From: Octopus vulgaris
Lineage: Eukaryota
Assembly (NCBI GenBank): GCA_951406725.2
Contig: OX597815.1
Location: 131,254,001-131,318,000, forward strand
Length of the DNA: 64,000 bases
Direction of reading: 5' to 3'
The notes under the pieces were generated by a model. That model made no database searches and was not told the origin of the DNA. It saw nothing but the letters and a program-made list of their open reading frames with translations. The position numbers and the translations under genes were made by a program. Below, piece after piece: positions 53,686-64,000 of this stretch (its first letter is position 1; every line of letters starts with the position of its first letter).

Positions 53686-54407
53686 CATATACATCATTCA
53701 TATATATGTACATAATATAAAATTACATAAATATATACAATCAAAATCACTATATTGACAGATCAGTTTTTCATTTTTCTCTCGTCTTTGAATATTTAAT
53801 TTCTATTGCTATTGATTTTTCCCGTCTGTTTTCTTCATCTCCCACCTCCGCTAACAATTCTGCACATGATGTAGCACACTTAGATGCTAATCGTTTATTC
53901 ACTTTAGTATTTGTCGTTAGTTTCATTTGATACTTGTAAAATATTTCTCTTTTGTTGTTCTTTATGATTTCTGAAATATCCTTGAAAAAATACTCAATGA
54001 GTAAGATATTGTTATTTGTAAAATAATTTTCTCATAGTTCTTTTAATCGTATCATAACCTTTTATCGCTGCTTTTTCTTTCATAAGTACACTCGTAATTC
54101 TCGATGAAGTGAATAGCTTGTGATTGTAAGACGTCATTTATTTTACTGTTTAATGAGCCTAACAATCTTACCTTGTTTTTCAGTGTATTAATTTGCTTTT
54201 CATCCTACTCCCAAAAGGGGTTCCATTATAAAATTAAAATAATCACAACCTGAAAATGTCAGAGATGATTTTAAACTGATTTCAGGTTTCAATGATTCTT
54301 TGAAAGTTATCAATTATTCAGTCTTAAATTCGTATTTCATGTTTTTTCATATTTCTTGTCTCATACTGGTTTTAACTGGTTGAAACAATCCTAAATCAAT
54401 AAATAGC

Positions 54408-54800
54408 TTTACTCTTTTACTCTTTTATTTTGTTTCAGTCATGTGACTGCGGCCATGCTGGAGCACCGCCTTTATTCGAATAAATCGACCCCAGGACTTA
54501 ATCTTTGTAAACCTAGTACTTATTCTATCGATCTCTTTTGCAAAACCGCTAATTTTCAAGGACGTAAACACACTAACATCGGTTCTCAAGCAATGGTTGT
54601 GAGACAAGCACAGACACACAATCATATATATATATATACCATAGGTTTCTTTCAGTCTCCGTCTACTAAATCAACTCACAATGCTTTGGTTGGTCCGAAG
54701 CTATAGTAGAAGACACACGCCCAAGGTACCACGCAGTGGGACTGAACCCGGAACCAAGTGGCTGGTTAGCAAGCTACTTACCATACAGCCACTCCTGCGC
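54408..54800 (-). mobile_element. SINE family B, near complete
   Basis: Head, CORE-like segment, internal TA tract and TAAAAGAG tail are all present. Confidence 0.88.
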
Positions 54801-55531
54801 TTATTTGGAAAATATTTCTTTATATATTATTACCTTATTTTCAGTTAGACGAGGGCCGGCAGCGGCCATTACTGTTCTCGGGGTCTCTGAGGCTGATGGA
54901 AGGAAGGTGGGGAACCACCACCACCACCAACAACCTAGTATAAACCGTTTGTTTTAAAAATGCAGGAATATGTGAAATCTTAGAAACAGTTTCTTCTCTC
55001 ATCATCATCACTAGCATCACTATCATCATCAATGTCGTTATTACCATCACCATTAACGTCGTCGTCGTCATAATCATCTCTAAAATAAAATATCCACACC
55101 TGTGTCTGAGTTCTGTGATCAGTTCATTATTACTGAACACACACACACGCACACACTATCATACGCGCGCGCACACACATGCAAACATATAAACATTTCT
55201 TTATTCTTCGCTTGGCGGAAACCCTATGTAAACCACAGGTGCATCATTCAATTATATCCAAACAACAGTAACTTTATCAAAAATTCCGTATAAAATGTCA
55301 CTTCATTTGAAAAAGAAGATTTAATTAACTTCCATATTTGTCATATTCTGGATGATACATAACATCATCAGAACATCATAATATCACATAAGTCAATAAA
55401 GATATTTCAAGCGGAAATGCGAAAATTCAGATTATGTGCTACATCACACAGAGTCACTGCAAGCATATGCAAACATATATACTGGCTAATGTATGTGTGT
55501 ATATACATACATACATTCATACATATACACG

Positions 55532-55653
<122 letters not shown>

Positions 55654-55654
55654 A

Positions 55655-56310
55655 TAATAATAGGGAATATAATTCCAAAAGTTACAAGGAAAAATTCAAT
55701 TTAACAGTTTTAAATCAAATTTCACAATATATAGTATGTGTATATGATTTAGAGAAAAACCACTATTAAACAATTCGATAAAGAAAGATGTTATTCACAT
55801 CATATAGAAAATATATACTATAAAAAAACTAATTTTGAATCAATAAAGTACAATAAATAGTAAATAGTAGTAAATAATACGGATATACCGGTTTTAGAGG
55901 ATAATATTTGGAATGTGGTAAAAATATTAAATTTCATAAATTCCCAATTAGACATAGTGAATATCTAAGAAACCTTGTTATTCGAATTAAAGAAATATGT
56001 AATATGGAAGGAATTATAGTACAATCAGATAAAACTAGGAAGCTGTATAAACTAGATGTTAAATTATATGATAACCTATTAGATAAATAAATAATATAAA
56101 ATTGTTCCAGAAAATACTCTTTATATTATTAATAATGACTCTAAATTAATCATGATAAAATATAAGTTAAATAATAAAACTGAACTTTATGTACCTATGC
56201 ATCCTAGAATTACTTTAAAAGACCATAAGGATAATTTTTATTCTGACCCAAAAGTTAAACTTATTTGTCCATGTAAATCAAGTCAAGGTAAATTATATAA
56301 GATCATTCTG
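55655..56310 (+). mobile_element. Penelope-like element: inverted terminal piece plus RT N-terminal fragment
   Basis: IIVQSDKTRKLYKL...Y..LL and PRITLKDHKDNFYSDPKVKLICPCKS match the PLE motifs ADKT..Y and ITLKDHK.NF...PKCRLINPAKS. Confidence 0.8.
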
Positions 56311-56329
56311 TTTTTTTTTTTGTCATGAG

Positions 56330-57600
56330 AGTGCCACATTTCCTTTGGGTTCCAACTCTAAAACTTTGTATTTGAGAAGAGGTTCTATAAGTTGTCTTTT
56401 ACTTAGTGAGTGAGAAGGAAAGAGCAGAACCTATAATCCTTGAAACCCTCTGGAACCGGAGATGATTGATGCCGTCAATGTTTCGTTTATAATGTTGCAG
56501 GAAAACACTGGCAGAAAAGACAGTAAATGATTTCAGAGAAACGATGTTCGGAAGAAAAAGAATTTTATATAATGGTTACTGTGTAGGTGAGGGGGAAACG
56601 GTAAATGGATATACCGAGGGTGCCGTGATATGAAGAAACGGGTGGGATGGGGTGCTTGAGAGTAGGAGGTACAATACCAATAATATCCGAGTAACATAAA
56701 CCATTACAGACTCGATACAAATATCAGAGAGAAGACAGGACACTTGTAGGCCACAAACTGGAATGCGTTCGTAGGTGATGGGATACCAATCAACCGAGTG
56801 GCTCTTTTCTGGATGCATTCCAAGATGCCAGTGCACTTTGCAACAGGAAGAGAAGTACTCAGCTGTGGGTCTCGCTTGAACGTCGTAGAGTGTCAGCAGC
56901 TGTTAGGGACTGAAATATTTTCTGGTTCCGTAAATAAGGGTTAATCTTTAAGATGTAGTCCTAGTTATGTTAGGGATATTCTTTCACCTGTAAAGATCAA
57001 CAATGATACTGAGACCCAGCAATTTGAGCGACTGAGCTCTAGTTGAGTGCTATTCATATTTAGAGGGGATGTGTTGTCATGTTTTTCGTACATGTAGTGT
57101 TTAAGTTAGAAGAAAGAAGGGTGGCATACTTCGCAGGAGGATGGCCTCAAGGTTTCTGCTTGTGGAATCAATGTAATTTTGGCGTGTGTTGGCTAGGTTA
57201 TGGGTAGGCGATGGCTGGTTTGGGAAGATTAGGGAAGAATGAAGGGTCTGGTCATTTGCATATGGATGGATGCTGTCGGATATACGGGAAAGTAGATAAT
57301 TATAGTTTAAAGAAAGAAAGCGGTGGATTTAACGGAACCCCTAGGAAGGCCATAGTTGATCGGGCGTGCGAAAAATAGAGGTCCGTCAATGCACACCACA
57401 ATGGTATGTTCTGACAGGAAGAATGAGAGATGGATCTGTAGATGGGAACTTTTGATTGGAGTTTTGCATGCCAGTCATACATGAAAGTTTTGCTGACGTC
57501 TAAAGCAACAACATTACTCTCTTCGAACTTTTCCAAAGCGATCTAAGAGGGTGAATCTCCAGTGGATCTGTTTTTGCCGAAGCATCGCTGTTGTTCAAAG
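56330..57600 (-). mobile_element. Decayed CR1/Jockey-group LINE RT region
   Basis: ESNVVALDVSKTF..WH, GLPRGSV and PYANDQTLH are degenerate LDxSKAFDxVWH, GVPQGS and YADD motifs. Confidence 0.7.
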
Positions 57601-58187
57601 GCATAAGGTTCACCTGTAAACGCGTTAAAAATCAGACCACTACAGACCATCATTTTATTTTACTGGTAGACAAGGGAAGAAATCAAGATTACTGAATTAA
57701 AGAATTTGGTTAAATTCCTTTGTTGACTTTATAATAGTCTTAGATAGATTATGCTGACTATTTTAAGCCAATACTGTAAATTTTAGCATTAGCTTCTGAC
57801 TTCTAACTTAATATGAATTATAAGATTCAGAGACGAGTTTATCTGGCAATTCCTTTGCCTCATTCGGCATGTCAACTGTACTATGGAACTTATCGGTAGA
57901 TATTGAAGATGTATCAATTAAAGACCGTGTAACAAATCGATAATTTGCTGATGTTTAGTGAGCATCATCAATGTAAAATATTAACAATATTAATACAATC
58001 TGTAAAAAAGCTTTATTCCTTATTGTTATCATAAGGGTGAGGTGTTTATAACGGATTCTGTATTTCATTACTTGCCAAGCGGTGTGCCAGAATAATGACA
58101 AAGATATCACAGCTACGTGGTACGAAACATTTTTGCTTTCCACGTTAGAAGGGAATTCGTTACATAAATACATACATACATGTATAC

Positions 58188-58218
<31 letters not shown>

Positions 58219-58459
58219 TGTATGTATGTATGTATGTATGTATGTATGTATGTATGTATGTGTGTATGTATGTATGTGTGTATATATATATATATGCATG
58301 TGTGTGTGTGTGATTTAAAAGAAGACGGAAATAGTTATAGTGTTGCTCTTGAAATTTCAACGGCACCTCTGCTGTAAGTTGTGCTAACCACTACTCCAAG
58401 GCGACGATACAAACCTTGACTACAGATATTAGAGCTTACATTAAGCAGCTACAATGGCA

Positions 58460-58516
<57 letters not shown>

Positions 58517-58534
58517 GTGTGTGTGTGTGTATAA

Positions 58535-59035
58535 TACTTACTTGGAAATGGATGCAGGGCGTTCAGTCATAAGCCCTTACTGTTTGTTTTCACTGTCCTG
58601 TTTTTGTTAGCAACTTTGACCCTCCGCAAGTACCAAATTTTTTTTAACTTGCTTTGCGGGAGCAACTGTTTTGTCAAAGGCACATCTTGTCGTAATTACT
58701 GGAAATGCGGAATAGATAAAACAGCCGAGAACTGCTGAAGGGTCGTTCTTTATGTTACTTGTCTTGTTTTCCATTTGTTTCTTTCGTTGTTCTCAAAAAA
58801 GCTCGTATTCCATGGTTGCGTATTTCATGTTGCTTACTCTCTATGACGTCCTGTGCCCATATATGCAAATGTATATACCTCCTATTTTCTCTCCCTGTAT
58901 TTTTGTGTTCCTTTCTGTCGAAGGGCGTAGGCGCGAATGTAAAAGACTTTCTCACTCCCCGAGCGTTAAACTAATATATCTGTTTGTTGTTTACACACCT
59001 GTCTTCATCTTTTGTTTTTGTAAATTCTGACTATA
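58535..59035 (+). mobile_element. Microsatellite-flanked PLE-like repeat ending in a variant hammerhead
   Basis: Homologous to 33126-33495, 51355-51500 and 53290-53420. Motif cttt CTGTCGA a gggc gtag gcgc GAA tg TA aaag at 58911-58945. Confidence 0.7.
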
Positions 59036-59078
59036 TACATATATATGTATGTATATTTGCATATATGTACATATCATT

Positions 59079-59125
<47 letters not shown>

Positions 59126-59144
59126 TATATATATACATATACTA

Positions 59145-59177
<33 letters not shown>

Positions 59178-59235
59178 GCATATATATATATATATGTATA
59201 TATGTATATTATATATATATATATATGAATATATG

Positions 59236-59266
<31 letters not shown>

Positions 59267-60130
59267 AACCAAATACAATGTTTGCATTATATAACACTTT
59301 TCTTTGAATTTTAGTATCATCAAACCTGACTTAATCACCTTTTCTCATCTCTTTCTCGGCTTATGTATGTCACGTGTTACCTGCTGCTATCAGTGAATTG
59401 CCAAACTAAAGGTGAAGTTTTCTCTTCCTATGTTCAGACTTTAAATCCCGTTGAGATCAGTGCATTATAAATTTGTCTACCTGCAACTGTCCAACTTAAG
59501 AAACGGATGAAATTGTAATTGTTGCTATATATTGTTAAGCTCCTTTGGTAATAAAGATTTGGGAAAATCTTCACTCGCTAATGTATTTATAAGTACTTCT
59601 AAATCACTGAATTTCAGGAAATTCAATGGAATTAATCCATTTATCAATTTTTGAAATGCTAGTCGTTAGAAATTGGTGTATTTGAAACAAACGAGTCAGT
59701 TTTAATTAAGCATTAAGATTGTTTTGAATTAGTGTCCAATACTAACGTGTTCTTGAAATAATGAAGAATACTACCAAGTAATTTGCCTCTTGTAATATGA
59801 AACTGAATGTAGTTATACTTCTCTTTAGCGATCATAAAGTAAGATTTCATGGTAAATATATAAATAGATTTCCTTTGAATATACGATATTTTTGTGAAAA
59901 TATTGAAAGCTAACGTGGAAACAAAAAGAAAAACATTTTGTAGAGGGAATTTAACACACATACATTTTTTATGATTCGTCTCTCGCCTTAGTTAACAGTG
60001 AACCATAAACTCTCTTTTATAGGGTAAAATTATAATTGTTTTGATCCTTAGTTTCGTATTTTTATTTGCATTTACTTAATTAATTTTGTATACATGTATA
60101 TATTTATGTACATGCTTGCATATATATATA

Positions 60131-60637
60131 TATATAGAAAATAGTAAAAAGTGAAAAAATTACAGAAGGCTTGTTTTAAAAGAAGGCTTGTTTTGAGTCA
60201 TTATGTCAGAAGAATGTTATAAAATTTTTTCATACAGTGACATACCGGTTTCGTGTTAACTTTTCAAATTTCTCAAAACATCGTGTTATGTCTTCGTTAT
60301 GAAGTGTAAAGAAGAGTTCCAGGTAAGGGGAGGTAATAAGTGATTTCTTCCGGTGTAAGGGAGATAATCGCTTTATATTTCTTGTCCCTTTTACCGAACA
60401 CAAGACAAACGCAAAAAAACACTAAGTCAAGCAACATCCCACATACATGCAATTCGAAATAAAACGATGTTTTGAGAAATTTGAAAAGTTAACACGAAAC
60501 CGGTAATTTCTTCAAAAACTATGTCACTGTATGAAAAAATTTTATAACATTCTTCTGACATAATGACTCAAATATATTTTTTAACCTTTTAAAACAAGCC
60601 TTCTGTAGTTTTTTCACTTTTTACCATTTTCTATATA
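60131..60637. mobile_element. TA-flanked fold-back element with ~155-175-bp arms
   Basis: Arms 60131-60284 and 60464-60637 each carry GAAACCGGTA, the 3' half of a hammerhead. Confidence 0.85.
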
Positions 60638-60671
60638 TTCAACCACGTGCTTTCACGCACCAACTTTTTCA

Positions 60672-60758
<87 letters not shown>

Positions 60759-61148
60759 AGATATGTATATATTTTTGTATGTTCTAGTTTTATTGTTTCA
60801 GATCTCTTTCCAATATTTACACACCAACACCTACACACTTATCTTGGCACATTTTCCATAACTTTTAATATCGTCAGTACTAATCACACCATCTCTTCGC
60901 ACATTTTCTTGGTATTCAGCAGGCAGAAATCCGTTTCAGTTTGCAGTGTACCAAACTGGGTTTTAGCATTTAGTTTCTCTATTATACATTGAGTTCAAAA
61001 CTCGAAGAGCTGTTTATCTTTCATACTGGTAAAGTTAATAAAAGAAGCAACATGTATGTAATTCTGTTCTATATTTAAGAGATGAGGAAATATGAGCGCG
61101 GGCTACAAACCCCAAGATCCCAAGTTCGATTCCAGGCAGTGACCTGAA

Positions 61149-61211
<63 letters not shown>

Positions 61212-61253
61212 AACAACTACTACTACTACTACTACTACTAATAATAATAATAA

Positions 61254-63285
<2,032 letters not shown>

Positions 63286-63335
63286 CATCGAAAAATACCT
63301 TAAGAATGAGAACCCAGGTTCGAAATTTCTCCAAG

Positions 63336-63379
63336 ACACCTGATAAAGGCTGGAGCATATATCAGTCGAAACGTTGTGT
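63336..63379 (+). ncRNA. Minimal type I hammerhead with G8A change
   Basis: acac CTGATAA a ggctg gagcatatat cagtc GAAA cg TT gtgt. Confidence 0.75.
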
Positions 63380-63844
63380 TAACAACAAACAAGATGAGGA
63401 CAAATATCCGTCAAATGTGAATAATGTAAATAATGTTTAATGATGTATGTAATTATAGATTCTGAAGATTCTGCGTATATTCTTTAACTAGAAATGTGTG
63501 GCCATGCTCTTATATTCCCAATTACTATAATGCGCAGGAAGTTTTCCTTTTGCTGACTACAACAAAATAAACACATGGTAGCAAAAATTAAAAGATTTAA
63601 GTACAGACCTTTTACTTTGGTAAAATTATCAAACTGTCTTCATGTAATCCTTGAAGTGGAAGATGAAGGTGGAGTGAGAAATGTTTCTTTTGCGAGACGT
63701 ATATGGAAGGTCGAGGGCAGAAACATTGGATTTTTTCAATAACTTGGAGATGGAAATGATACGTCCCTAGAAATGATGGTTGTTGCGTTAAGGGATGCAC
63801 TGAGCCTGTCTGAGTAATCCTCTCCCCCACCGAGTGCTCTTATA

Positions 63845-64000
63845 TCTTATGTTATCTTTTACTTGCTTCAGTCATAGGCATGTGGCCATGCCGATGCACC
63901 ACCTACAAGGGTTTAATCGAACGAATCGACCCCTGCACATAATATTTGAAGTTTCCTACTCAATATGAATCTCTCTTTTTGATGAACCGCTAGGCTGCAG
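63845..64000 (-). mobile_element. SINE family B 3' part
   Basis: ATCTTTTACTTGCTTCAGTCA...GGCCATGC...GAATCGACCCC. Confidence 0.75.

Overview
AT-rich, repeat-saturated eukaryotic DNA. The SINE, LINE and microsatellite content resembles an octopus genome, which I infer from remembered repeat families and did not verify. No intact host protein-coding gene is recognisable, and nearly all ORF-track calls are translated microsatellites. The window contains three tRNA-derived SINE families (about 35 copies), three mariner elements and two MITEs. It also holds several RLE-type (R4/Dong-like) LINE remnants in trinucleotide arrays, a CR1/Jockey-group RT remnant, Tx1/L1-like fragments, an RTE-like non-coding element and two Penelope-like (PLE) RT fragments. 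The main hidden structure is more than ten type I hammerhead ribozyme (HHR) motifs. They have largely unrelated stems, palindromic helix III and often long helix II, and most sit in short microsatellite-anchored fold-back elements. Also noted are a family with a shared non-canonical CUGUYGA core, a possible tRNA-head plus HHR element split by a LINE, and a degenerate HDV-like ribozyme. All folds were read by eye.
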